From contig NMRA01000125.1 in assembly GCA_002633005.1 (NCBI GenBank), positions 777,566-841,565 of the forward strand: a DNA stretch of 64,000 bases, in the 5' to 3' direction. Under the pieces are notes generated by a model, which saw nothing but the letters and a program-made list of their open reading frames with translations, had not been told where the DNA came from and ran no database searches. The stretch is from Phoronis australis. Lineage: Eukaryota; Animalia; Phoronida. Shown in pieces: positions 25,422 to 37,650 of the stretch (the stretch's first letter is position 1; each line of letters starts with the position of its first letter). Both the position numbers and the translations under genes were made by a program.

Positions 25422-25562
25422 TTAGAATTCGCGTCCAAAGGTGACGTGCGCACTTCGAATGTGTCTCGCCAGGGCGTCGCTCCGTGTGTATCTTTGCAAA
25501 CACCCAGGTACTGAGCATGCGCACGTTTTCTTCTCTGCAACCTTCAAATGGGTTTTTCGATG
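25422..25562 (-). CDS. hkb: Huckebein-like zinc-finger transcription factor, exon 3 (last)
   Basis: Acceptor ttttacag|CAT, phase 0. Completes finger 3 (HRKTH), encodes a fourth finger CSVPGCLQRYTRSDALARHIRSAH, and ends at TAA. Confidence 0.88.
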   Translation of the reverse strand, partial: HRKTHLKVAEKKTCACSVPGCLQRYTRSDALARHIRSAHVTFGREF

Positions 25563-26200
25563 CTGTAAAAGGAAATACAACGGATTCAAATGATGAGAAT
25601 TGTTCAAGGCTGGTACTGAACACTAGCGAAGAAGTGCTGTACATGAGATTTAAATATCGGACAAAACGAATAAGAAAGAACTTTAGATGTCGCCAATAGA
25701 CGGCAAACTTCATTTGTTTATTATTTCATTTTTTCTCAAAAATGCTTTTGGTGTGCTTGAAGCAACGCTGTAAGAAACTTAACATAATTAAGCTTATGTT
25801 GACTTGAACTCAGTAAACGTATAATATTTTCTGAAAGTAGAAAGCCTGCAGATTGTTTTACCAGTCTGACATATATCTAACAAACAAGAAAAGTGCATTA
25901 ATAGCAAAACAACGGCATCGATAAATGGCCAAATTGCGTTTGACTTTAAAATGCCATAGCGATTACGCAATTAGACTTATCCAAATTATCGTTTCGTTTT
26001 CGATTGATACAACTTTCGAAATTTTTCATGAAACTCATAAAAGTCTAACAGCGTGTTGGAGAACAGCGTATAAACCATAGTAACTAACAAGAGTTTCATG
26101 TGAATCCAATTAACCGTTTCTGAGAGCGATATGGTGTTGCAAAATTAGCCAGATTTTGATAATTCCCTGAGGTCCTAAATAATATTTAAACATGCATTAC

Positions 26201-26355
26201 CTTGTTTAAATGATCTTTGCGTCCGAATTTCTTCATACACTCCGGACACTGGTGGGGTTTTATTCCTGTGTGGATTCGTCTGTGACGAGTCAGCTCCTCA
26301 TTACGGGCGAATCGTTTACCGCAGGCTTCGTGGTCACATTGAAATGGTCGTTCAC
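26201..26355 (-). CDS. hkb: Huckebein-like zinc-finger transcription factor, exon 2
   Basis: Acceptor gtttcag|GT, donor AAG|gtaatg. Translates [52 protein letters not shown]. The recognition helices RNEELTRH and GRxDHL match Drosophila Huckebein as I recall it. Confidence 0.92.
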
Positions 26356-28809
26356 CTGAAACCAACACGGTCAGCATACACACACACGATATATATTCAG
26401 ATTTTTGTCAATATCATCGCTGCTAGAGTCGACGTCGCCATTGTCTTCGTCGTCGTCATTAGCTTGCTTTATTACAGTTCCAGGTTTGTTGTTTCGGCTT
26501 AAACTAATTAGAGTTGGGTTTTGTTTGTAAATTATGTTTTATTTCTTTTGAAACATGTGCTGCTATGTCGAAGCAGCATTCTTTAGAAATGAGTTTTGGA
26601 ATTAATTAGTTTTTGTAAAGAAACCTTTTATAAGAAACAACTGTCTTATACATTAACGAATGCTGACTTTGTCTGCTACAGGGTATGTCACTACATACAT
26701 GTACAGTAGTTTATGGTATTTGGGTATAGTACGTGCTACAACCCAGGCTCGAAAATCGGTTTCTATCAGTCGACGTGAAATCAAATCGAGAAGTTTAATT
26801 AACACATTTAAAACTTCTCCGAAACGCTGTGAACTATCATAGATTTGGTGCTGAAAAACAGTGTGTTCGGATTAAAGACACAAACAAAAGCAATGGGTGT
26901 TTTTAAATTACACAAAGTGTTTCGCTTCATGGACACAAATTATTAAGTAAAATCAGGAAAATTAAATAAGGACGTTCTGTATCAACATTTCAGGCAATAA
27001 ATCAATATGCGTAAGCTAATTTGTAATAGTAAGGCATTGTTCTATAACATCAACAGATGTTTGGGGAAAGAAAAATAGAAAACAAGCGACCAAAATAGCA
27101 GCAGTAAATAATCAGTTATAAATTCGACAGATTATACCCACTTTGTATAGCACATTGTAGAATATGAGCTATGTTTATTTAAGTTATAGCATGTAAGATT
27201 TATTATATTGGTGTTTTTAGAAAATTAATTTTGTCACGTGGCCAGTGTAAGTTAAAATAGTAAGACCAAGTAGTTCGTAAATGAAAAGACAAGTGCAATT
27301 CACGCATAAATTGCTAATTAAGATAGCCATTTTAACTTAATCTAACATCAGATATGAAAGAAACTGAGATGGAAATAATGTTTTCACAAAATTGAACTAC
27401 TGAACCTAGTGGATTTTGTTTTTTATCTCCTACAAAGGGCAGGAGACAGAAAAACTGACATTGATTTTTCCTTGTGCACACAACTTTATTAGGGACGGTA
27501 CAGACAATACGTTTTAATTCATGAATACTGTTGGCGATGGAAAAATATTACTTGATTTCGGTAACTTGGAGACGATAGGCCCAGTGCAGTGTTTTTCGAC
27601 TATGTCGAAGGATTATACCGTTGTTTTGCATAAGATCGGTCGGCATATGTTGATGAACTAAGCAAAATAATGGCGACGGAATTTAGAAAACCTTCTAGTA
27701 TGTTCTATCTGGTTCGTATGCTCGGGGTCTTAATTTTATATATCAGAGGCAATGAAGTAGATTAGGGTAAACTAGTGCGCCCGTTCGACACTTTCCTTTG
27801 TTCGCCAATTAGTGGCGTAACCAATCGTAAAACGGGAAATAAAGTAAAATTGTGGTTGATGTACAAGTTAGTCAGCCTATGAGATACGGGTTTCATTTAT
27901 TTATCTATATACACATGTAACAACTATTCGAATATGGTGTGCTTAACTGATTTTATGTTCGCACACTAGTCTTAGGCTAACTTGGTCTGTTTTGAACCAC
28001 TGACTTTTAATAAACAAACTGATTAATTTGTTGGTTTGAACATACAAAAAGTAGAAACCAGAGTCAATTTGGAATTTAGGACTTTGTTAATTTATGTATA
28101 AGATACCGGATACTGCCACGTATATAAATGAAGTGATTGACTTTTAAATTGTTTTAAACAAATCTAAAATGTTTTCAGGTGTTTAATTACTTCAAAAATC
28201 CACACTAAGTGCATATTTTTCACATTTTAAAATTATTTAAACATAAAAATCGTTTATTTCATACGCGGACAGACCTGTACAAAATTAATGTAGTTGCCGA
28301 TCTCATATCCTGCTTACATTAACATAAAACTGTGTCAGAATACTGCAAATCGCGTTTTACTTGATATTCTAGAACCTTTTTGGAGTTCCGATTTTCATAT
28401 AAATATCTAACTGCATGGTATAATTAAAGTTATGGTCAGCTTTTGAGCAGCATTGCGTACTTCTGCCAATCTGTCTGGTATAAAGGTGGCGTTATTCCAT
28501 CGCTAAAGATACTTGATTGGGCGTATGCATGTCAGTGACTTCTGACCGGAGATTTACAGGACGATTGTATAATTCATGCAAAACATACTCTCGCATTGCC
28601 CGTAAATGATACTACACACTGATACCCATTTTATCAATTTCACGCTTTCAAAGGCTACATGGAGGTGAGACAGGGAGAAATCTGTGCAATCAATTAACAT
28701 GTGCCAAGAGATTGCTAATTGGGGTTATTTCCACTGCATTTTGGTTATAACAGTAAAATTATTATTGACAACAGATCGCTATGTCAACCATCAAATATGA
28801 TAACATTAC

Positions 28810-29257
28810 CTGTATGCACACGATAGTGTCCTTTCAGTTGGCCGAAGTTGGCGCAAGCAACTTCACATCCGGGATACGTGCACACAAATCTTTTCAGTTT
28901 TTTAGCGGGCAGCGGTGTTGATTGCTGGGTTTTCGTGCTGTCTTTCACTAAAATGTTTTCAATCAAAAATGATGTTGAAAAATTCAACTCTGCAACTTTT
29001 CGTGCTATGTTTGTAACACACTGTTCGCCCGAAAATTGTGTGGTATTGTTCTCTGTCCTGTTCCCTGCCGTTTTCACTCCGGTGCTCAAACCGCCAAAGT
29101 ACGTGCTCATGAGATACTGTCTATAGAAAATTCCAGAGGCTACTCCTTGGTGGTGATAGACGGCATCAGGCAACCTTGGATCCATGAAAAATCTCCTACC
29201 AAATCCATAATAAGACCACCAGAACCTATCTTCGAAACTGGTTTCATTGAAAGACAT
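28810..29257 (-). CDS. hkb: Huckebein-like zinc-finger transcription factor, exon 1
   Basis: Start cacaaaATG at 29257; an alternative in-frame ATG at 29305 lies about at the expected TSS. Contains the eh1-like motif FLIENIL and finger 1 CTYPGCEVACANFGQLKGHYRVH (Hkb-type GQLKGH). The donor ACAG|gtaatg is phase 1 and matches exon 2. Confidence 0.88.
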
Positions 29258-29330
29258 TTTGTGCAATAAAATATTCGAGTGTGACTGTTTGCGAGACAAC
29301 TTCATTTATTGTCACGATATGCACTGACGA

Positions 29331-29337
29331 ATTTATA
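29331..29337 (-). promoter_or_regulatory. Candidate TATA box of the hkb-like gene
   Basis: TATAAAT on the minus strand, about 75 bp upstream of the preferred ATG. Confidence 0.5.
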
Positions 29338-29634
29338 TCGGATTAGGGCTTTTGTAGGGCCAGACAGCCGCGGTATCAACCAAAGTTCGAGTTATGGACC
29401 GACCACAGAGGGCGCGATAACCAAAGTCCACGTGCTCGAGATCAAGGTTACATAAAGCACCTTTCGATGGCTCTGCACTCATCTATTAATATGCACCGTA
29501 TTACTGATAAGCAACGCGTATGAATTCACGGCCAATTTTAGTTCATACAAAAACGGATTCACAAAAATTGCGGCTTGGAGGATTATAACTTAGGTGACAA
29601 TGAGTGAACTACCAAAAAACAGTGTGCTCCTGCT

Positions 29635-29688
29635 TGTGTGTGTGTGTGTGTGTGTGGGTGGGTGGGTGTGTGTGTGCGTGTGTTTGTG
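29635..29688. repeat. (GT)n microsatellite, imperfect
   Basis: Read directly from the sequence. Confidence 0.95.
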
Positions 29689-30725
29689 TAATATATATTT
29701 ATGTTTGCGTGTGTATACAAGCCGGAAAACCCCAAAGTTAAAAGTAGTTACTAGTAAAGACGATATGGTAATCGGAAACATATCGGAAATAAATGTTTGT
29801 CGCCAACAGAATAACGGCAGGGAGTTGCAGTGGTGACTTTGTTGGCGGAAAGGAGTTAATGGCAACAGCGACGACGGCAAAATGCATTTTGGAATGATTG
29901 TTGGATGGAGGTAGTCTTCTTGAAGTTACCGTCTAGAATCGGCCAATGCAATAAAACAACACAACTCTAAACATTTGCTGGAATCGAAGTCGACGACTTA
30001 CCCAGTCGTTTAAGGTTATATAGTATCGCATCAGCATTTCTGTGTATTAAGCAAATTATCAGAAAAAGTACATTTTCTGAGAGAAGAGAGCCTGCAAAAT
30101 TTGCTTATTTACTTTATATCAATTTGCCAGTCACATGACTACATGTTTGTCTTTGTACTAAAGGTTATAGTCGAGAAGAACGGTACATTCATTAAAACAA
30201 CGGGATCAATAACATAGCCAAATCATGTTCGTCCGGTGGTGCAAGATGAAAACTCTAAAACGCTGTTACAGTTCCATAAATTACCTTTTCGTTTTCATTG
30301 TATGCAACTTTTGAGTTTTTCCTTAAAATTCCCATTTTGATAACCCCTAGTGCAAGACTGCAACATTACCGTGAACGGTGCACCACAGGGGGACAGGTTG
30401 GCTTTAGCCCTCCCACGTTTTTCAGTGCTGTGCCGCTAATGATTACGAAAACAATTCACCGTGATGTAGAAAAGTGCATAAAAGATAGAACCTACCTAAA
30501 ATTTTCATATAAATTCGATCAACCATTTCTGAGGTATGATGTTCCAAATCTCATTTTCTAAGGTCCAGCAGTCTGTCATTCACTGATTGGGATTTAGCTC
30601 CGCCAGCCGAGTGATCAGCCTGAAGAATTTTCTCATGTATCATGCCACGACCAAAGGCTATCGATGCAGCTCATCTGTTGCCATGAACATTTTCCGCAAC
30701 AGTTACTAATTTCGCTTCAAAACTA

Positions 30726-30970
30726 CTGTGGCCCAAAGTTGACAATGAAATAATAACATTACGAAAAAAATCGCTTTTCTACGCGGAGCAAACCTTTCAG
30801 CTGCAGAGAAAATTTTTCTCAGTGAAAAAAATTATCCGCGGAGAAAACCTTTTCTCCGCGGGAAGACTTTTCCACGGCGAAGAAAACATTTATCCGCGGA
30901 GCAAAGTTTTTTCCACGGAGAAAAGTGATTTTTTTCATAATGTTTTTTCAATGTCAGTTCTGGGCCACCG
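30726..30970. mobile_element. TA-flanked MITE with internal palindromic tandem units
   Basis: TA|CTGTGGCCCAAAGTTGACAATGAAA ... TTTCAATGTCAGTTCTGGGCCACCG|TA. The interior is built of degenerate TTTCTCCGCGGAGAAAA units. Confidence 0.78.
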
Positions 30971-31476
30971 TACAAAACCGCAATTACGTTACTATTTTAA
31001 GAATAAATGAATGCAATTCTAGAGTACAGGTCTGGTGTCCAGAATCTTTTCCCTATAAGAGCATAGGCTAGCAATTGTAATTAACAGATGTGTCGTTGGT
31101 GTTATTACTCGAGGTCGAGATCATTCAAATTTTTTGAAACTGCGAGGAAGTCGGTCAACAAACTCTGAAAGCTTTTCAATATTTAGTTTTAGGTTTAGAC
31201 TCAAATTCAATCAAAAGTAAGCATTTCTGACAGACTAGGAATGCAAATAAACTAGTCTAACTGGCAAAACGTCGACTGGCTAGTTCGACGTTACCGGATA
31301 TGTTCCAGGAAGTGATCTTGCACGGCAGTCCAGACGTGCGTTCACTTAAGGCTAGAATCTCTCGAAAAAGCAAGAACATCCAAAACTTCGCGAGATATCG
31401 TCATGTATTACGAGCGAAACACGTGAGCAAACAATCTTCCTAATAGAACGCTTGCGTCAACCAAACTCTACCCCCA

Positions 31477-31740
31477 TGACATCGTATGGATGTCGCAAGC
31501 TATTGTTTAACTTGTGAACTTCATGCGACGGACGTAAGCGCGACGCATGGTTATCACCTGTAGGGCAATACCAGTGTTTGCTTTGTTGCGTCTTTTTTCA
31601 ATATAACAAAGCAGGTCGCACGGATATCGTACCTTGGGCGCACATCAGTAAGTTACCGATAAATGGTTACCATTTTCTTTATTTTAAGAAAGAAAAGCAG
31701 AATGCACAATGGCTTCGCCTATCTATTTGTCGCTACGCTA
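31477..31740 (+). repeat. Unclassified interspersed repeat, copy 1 (direct repeat of 35331-35600)
   Basis: Colinear similarity over about 260 bp, e.g. aagctattgtttaacttg, catggttatc, taccagtgtt, ttgttgcgtcttt, ttaccgataaatg. Confidence 0.75.
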
Positions 31741-33052
31741 CGTGAGCTTTTCGATTTTGGCCCAAATAATTATAGAGGTTACTCCTAATACAATACGCTT
31801 CGCCTCTTCGCCTCCACTTCGCCTCCTTTACTTAAATTTACATTACAAACTTCTATCAGCGCCGCCATACGCATCTACCATTTTCAGCTGACCAAGCGGT
31901 CGTTCCGTAAGACACGAGAATCTCGCCGTGAAACGCGCGATCACTCACGACGTTATGGGAATAGCTCCATGTACAAGTAGTACAAGGAAAGCACGTGACC
32001 ACGCTAGCTTCTTCGCGAGATTATTGCGTCTACGAAACTCAGATACTTCAAGACAACTTCTCGATTTCAGTGAACTGGACGAATCGTCGATTTGTGATAA
32101 AATCACAAAAACTCAATGGATTTTGTTACATTTATCTTTGGCCTAAGCTAATAGCTGTCTTAGGCCAAACTAATTGTGAATGTGCGGTTTTTTGGTCTTA
32201 AAAATTATTTAAAGTATTCTTCAAAAAGCGTGTAGCTTTGTAGGCTTTGATTAGCCGTGCATATTTCGTACGGATGGGATTATACAGCCGTATACGATTA
32301 CTGCTGATTACATCAAACCTTCACCTGGCACAAAATTCTGCTTCGCTGTGAAAAGGCCTTAAGCAACAAAATAATAGTGATAAAAATCGCAAATTACCAT
32401 AGAATGTTTAATGTTTCCTTCAAGCACGTAAAATTACATTACTCTCACGAACGTTTATCACTGTCTACTAGCTGCACGAGAATTAATTGCGGAATTAACA
32501 AACTATTTGTTTGCTTTGTCGATTAATCGCAGATATAGAGTTTGAGTTGACACTTTGAGAAGGCACTGGATGAGATGATATATCATGTTTCTCACCAAGT
32601 GAACAAGTATTAAGATAGTTGATGACAGATAGCGGGATGAGGCCACTGCGTACGCCCTCAAGGTTGTGTTTAAGAAACATGTACTTGTCGCAGTTGAATG
32701 ATCGTGATCTATAATTATTTACGCGACGTTTATAATTTGTGGTCAACAACATCAGTCAAATAAGCCGTAAACAAACTCTCTTCACGTATTCGCGTGTTTG
32801 TTCTTCCAAAGCAAGCAACATTTTGTACGCTTGTCATTTATTTGGATTGAGATCAAACTCGTTCTATGCTAAGTTCGCCCGTTTCCGAGTGCTTTTAGCA
32901 TATACATTACATTACATAGGGCCTATTTACATCATATCGTCGTACGAAAATTGACAAGTAGTGTATTGAATGAGCGTGATTGCAATTGATTTCAGTAAAA
33001 CTAGAAATTTTGAGCCGCTGTCCGCACGTACTATGGTATAATGAAACTTAGT

Positions 33053-33192
33053 GGGGTCCGTTTGGTCGAGGTCGTAAGACCGGTCTTAAAAGACTGTCAT
33101 AACTTCGTTTTCAATTTGCAAGCACTAAGGAATTAAATGCCTACGACCGACTTACGATCGAGTGTATGACCTTTGATAAAACAGATCCCTGG
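33053..33192. mobile_element. Short degenerate TIR element (PIF/Harbinger-like MITE)
   Basis: ggggtccgtttggtcgaggtcgta and tatgacctttgataaaacagatccc form an imperfect inverted pair. The family assignment is tentative. Confidence 0.45.
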
Positions 33193-33367
33193 TTGTCTGA
33201 AGCAGTAACGAACTTCCAGTTCTACCAAGCTACAGTGCACGACATCACTTCTAATCTCATTAAACAGCAACATGAAACGAAATTAATTTAAATCGATAAG
33301 AGGTCTAAACGTAATGTTCTTTTATCAGAAAGCGCATGTTTATAGCTTCTTGAAGTTTTACGCTATA

Positions 33368-33598
33368 CATAGGCGGATCTACAGGGGGGTTCAGGGGGTT
33401 CAAACCCCCAATCGGGACAGGATCAAAAAAATTGAAAAAAAAAATCACCAGTAAAACGAAATTAGCTATTAAAAACCACAAAAAATCTTACACGGGAGGA
33501 GGGAAACCATCTCCCGACCTTCCTTCCCCTCGGTGCTACGCGCCTCGGATTCGCTCGATTCCTAAACCCCCCTTACTGAAAACGTAGATCTGCCCCTG
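33368..33598. mobile_element. hAT5-like MITE (5-bp TSD CTATA)
   Basis: TIRs CATAGGCGGATCTAC / GTAGATCTGCCCCTG, with CTATA on both sides. Confidence 0.8.
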
Positions 33599-34545
33599 CT
33601 ATAGGTTGTGGTCTGTTACAACCACGGCTACGTTGGAATGTGCTATGTTGCCACATAGCTAACAGGTTTAAAAAATGTTTTCTAATTGTAAAAACCGAGA
33701 GTGTTACCAAAATTGCGAAATATAGCAGAGTGTAATAATAGAGAAAGGAATTGAACCAGAGACATTATATGAAAGACTATTTAAATCGAAGGGAAACAAT
33801 TTCAATGGTTCAAAAGATTTTTGCACTAACACAAAGATTTTAGAATATGGGTCCCTAACAATTGCTGTAAAGATTTTAGTCAGTATTTCATTTAAATTGA
33901 TGCATGTTTATAAATTAATTGGACTTTGGTGCCGTGTGATGCAATTACATTCTTCAGTAAAAATTCAGGATGCAGTGACATTTACAAATAAATGTGATCA
34001 ACTAATTACTCCAGCTATATACGAAATTTGCAGACAAAGGTTTTCTGTGAGATAAAATGTACTCATTACATTGGTCGGAATGTAAGACTTTCCATATAAG
34101 TTTAGAAATAAACTCATTTCTTTATAAAAATAGTGATCCTGATACATGTTACGGTAAACAAGAGAAATTTTTGCGATTGTTATGTTACTAAAGAAAATGG
34201 ACTCTTGAAAATAACGAAATACATAGTAAAGAAACAATGTTATTTTGATCACCTGTTGCGTAGTTGTCACGGTCAACAACGGAACTTCCACATAAAAAAC
34301 GGTATATCTGGGTCTAAGCTAAAACGCAGGGATGAAATGTTCACCGCAACAAACAAAAACATCTCGAAAGCTTTCTTCGTCGAACGGGAGACGTAACACC
34401 CAAAAGTATCCGACGTCCGTTTTTGTTTTTTTTTCGTTTTAGCCGAACGAGACAATATGGGAATGTCGCGTGGGAAATTACAATCATATGATAATATGGC
34501 AATTTCGCCGTCTGTCAAAACGCGGCACAATTTGATGGTGTGGAG

Positions 34546-34850
34546 CAGTGGCGGATCTAGGATACCATAAGGGGAGCCCAACATGTTGCCTCGGGGAATT
34601 GGGCAAAGCGCTATTGTATGTGCACAGCCTGCCCGAAAGTTGCAGGAACCGGGGATGTGGACCTCCTGCTCAGAAAACCATTGGTGGACTAAAAAACAAA
34701 AAACGGGAACACGGTTCGACCTGGGGTCTGAGCCCCCCCTCATGCAGTACGGCCGCCCTAGTTGCTGAATTATTTCTTCATGCTGTTGCTGCTTCATTTT
34801 GCTTGCGGCAGCCAAGGGGGTGGGCTGGGGCCCTGCTCAATCCGCCTATG
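34546..34850. mobile_element. hAT5-like MITE (5-bp TSD TGGAG)
   Basis: TIRs CAGTGGCGGAT / ATCCGCCTATG, with TGGAG on both sides. Confidence 0.8.
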
Positions 34851-35330
34851 TGGAGGTATGAGGTATGGTCGTAAAAAATCAAAAAGCGGGACCGTCCGCC
34901 AAGAGTGAGGCAATTGGCAAATAGCCTGTACGCTGTCAGCAAAACAAAGTATTGGATTGGATTCTTTTACAAGCTAACACTTCTGCTCAGAAGTCGAATT
35001 AATAAAAATGCTGCAGGTAAACCTTGCACAATAGAATTTAAAACGTACACACACACCCTTAGCTGGCATTAGTTTGGTAGTCAGTCTAAATTGGTTCTAA
35101 GACTGGAGCTGAAAAGATATCACAAGCCAGACTATTCATGGCATCCAGTCATTGCCTCAGGTAGCTCCGCGTAAGGAAGGCCATTGCGGGTTTGTTGACT
35201 AATTTTGCCTAGAAATCGCTGGTTGTCTGGAACCGAACCTCAAGAGTCGCATGTTGAACAAAAATGACAAAATGAAAATGAAACAATGAATAACTACAAC
35301 AATCGACCAAAACCCAGTCACTCATGCCAA

Positions 35331-35600
35331 ATGATGTCTTATGGATTTCGAAAGCTATTGTTTAACTTGCGAGATCCATGCGACGGTTGTAATCGTGTTG
35401 CATGGTTATCGCTTATGGGACGCTACCAGTGTTTTCTTTTGTTGCGTCTTTGTTGGATATAACAATACAGGTAGCACGGTTATCGTACATTAATTGGGTG
35501 CCCATCAGCAGTTTACCGATAAATGTTTATCATTATCTTTATTAAAAGGAAGAAAAACAAAATGAACAATAGACACGCCTATTTACCTTTATCTATGCGA
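35331..35600 (+). repeat. Unclassified interspersed repeat, copy 2
   Basis: Direct homolog of 31477-31740. Confidence 0.75.
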
Positions 35601-37199
35601 CGAACATGCGTCCTAGTTTCCTGTGTGCGAGCAGACAGCCGGAAACTCACAGTGCAAATTTTTGCTGCTAGTCTCGGGGTCGCAGACTAATAACTCGCTA
35701 GTTCCCTGCGTGTCCGCTAGGGAGTAGAAGACACGAGGTATCGTTTAATTTTTCCAGGGGAATTTTTTACACCGGCGTTTCTGATTGACTGGTCGAATTC
35801 TCAACAGGTAGCGCTTCACGTAAACAAACCTGCATGATTGAAGGAGGAAGTGTGAATAAATGTGGATATAGCTTGTAGTCTGTTGCACAGACAAATCGGT
35901 GCTTAATTGGGATATGTTGAAGAAATGTAAATCGGAAAGTTGTGTTAGTGTCTTTTCGGTGTGCATTTATCTACTGTCGCTGGCTTTTGTTTACGTCGCT
36001 GTCCTGTTTTCACACAGTATTCAAGTAAGAATAACATCGACCAGTTGTCTGTGTATTGTACGTGCTTCAATCATGCAGCTATTAAACATTACTGCAGAAA
36101 CGAAAAATTTGCTGTCACGCCACTTGCATGACAAGGCTAAAAATTGTTCACAGTACGTCATTTACAAAAGTCTTTGTGGAAAACCTAACCAATGACTGCC
36201 GAAGTTACATCAACTAATGATAAAGCGTGTGCTACTGAGTGATGTGCATCCTCTACCCCCTAGCGAACACGCGGGAACCAGCGAGACTCTAATACTGAGA
36301 ATTTATACATGTAGTTTACGCTGGAGTTGTCATTCCAGGCCTATAGTTATGCTCAATACTACTACAGAAAAAGATCTTATGATCCATGTTTGCCTACCTG
36401 TATTTCCAACGAATATTCATCACTTTCTTATCCTTTCTCAGAATTGAAACTGTTTATAATAAAGACAGATTGAAGTCCCTTGAGGAACAAAACTAACACG
36501 GTCGTAACAAGCAACTTCAGTATTCGGCCTAGTATTCTGAAGCAATATCGGCGTGCCAGTTCTCAGTTAAACCTGGCTATCATTTCTAATCTGAGTTAGG
36601 GACAGCGCGAGACCGATGACATGAAAATAAGTGAGCCAAATAAAAGGTGGGTTTGCAACAGGAGCGCAAGTTGTTGGCCCTTTGAAAGCAAAACCTGTTA
36701 ATTTGTTTGTCCTGCGATGATTTTGCAGTACACCAACTTTACCTGGAAGAGCATTAATACATCTGGTGATGTGTACAAAATGACAATGGGATCTCATGGA
36801 CTCTCCTGCAAACTTTATACATTGTTTAGAGGCTACAGAAACGTTTGCTCTCCTCTTTCCATATGGATATGAGCGTACATTTGTACATGTAGATTTATGT
36901 ACGTTACGTTTAAGTCATTCTCTCACAGTTTGTGATCTAGGGCGTACAAACATCTTCAGTATAGAAGAGGCGAACACCGGACGTGCGTATATGTACCAAC
37001 GCGTCAATCTTATAACTCCTCCTAACTTAGGGAGTGATTAACACCTGCAAGTCAATAGTTAGTGCAAAGTATAACTAATAACTCTTATCGTCTCCCGGGA
37101 TACAGTGATATCAGACACATGTGTGTCAAGTCTAGAATGGAGGGTGCACGCGAAGGATTGACAGTGCGTGTATAATTGACCTAATCCCCATCAGCATGT

Positions 37200-37588
37200 C
37201 ACAATCATCGTCATCGCCACCACTACCACAATGCACCACCACCATTTTTATCACCACTATAACCGTCGCTACCGTAGCCTTCATCATTACCATCATCGAC
37301 ATCACTGATCTTCATCATCATCATTTTTACCCATCGTCATTGTAATAACCATCAGTCATCATCATCACTATCTTCATTGTCATCATCGTCATCATAATTA
37401 CCATTATAATCATCATCCTCATTGTCATCGTAATTTATGATTAACAACTTGAACGTCGGCGTCGTCGCCATCATCTTCGACGCGTAAGTGATCATCAGCG
37501 TCAACATTAAAGTCATTTCATCGTCATCGACATTTTTGTCATCAACGACATCATCGTCATACTCATATGAGTGTAATTATCACCACTG

Positions 37589-37650
<62 letters not shown>
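37200..37650. repeat. (CAT)n microsatellite with a degenerate upstream flank
   Basis: Perfect CAT run at 37590-37650, preceded by about 390 bp of decayed CAT/CAC/CGT units. Confidence 0.95.

Noticed and set aside
34273-34874. Overlapping ORFs of 180 and 108 aa
   Set aside because: They run through a MITE bounded by a TSD, so they are chance open frames.
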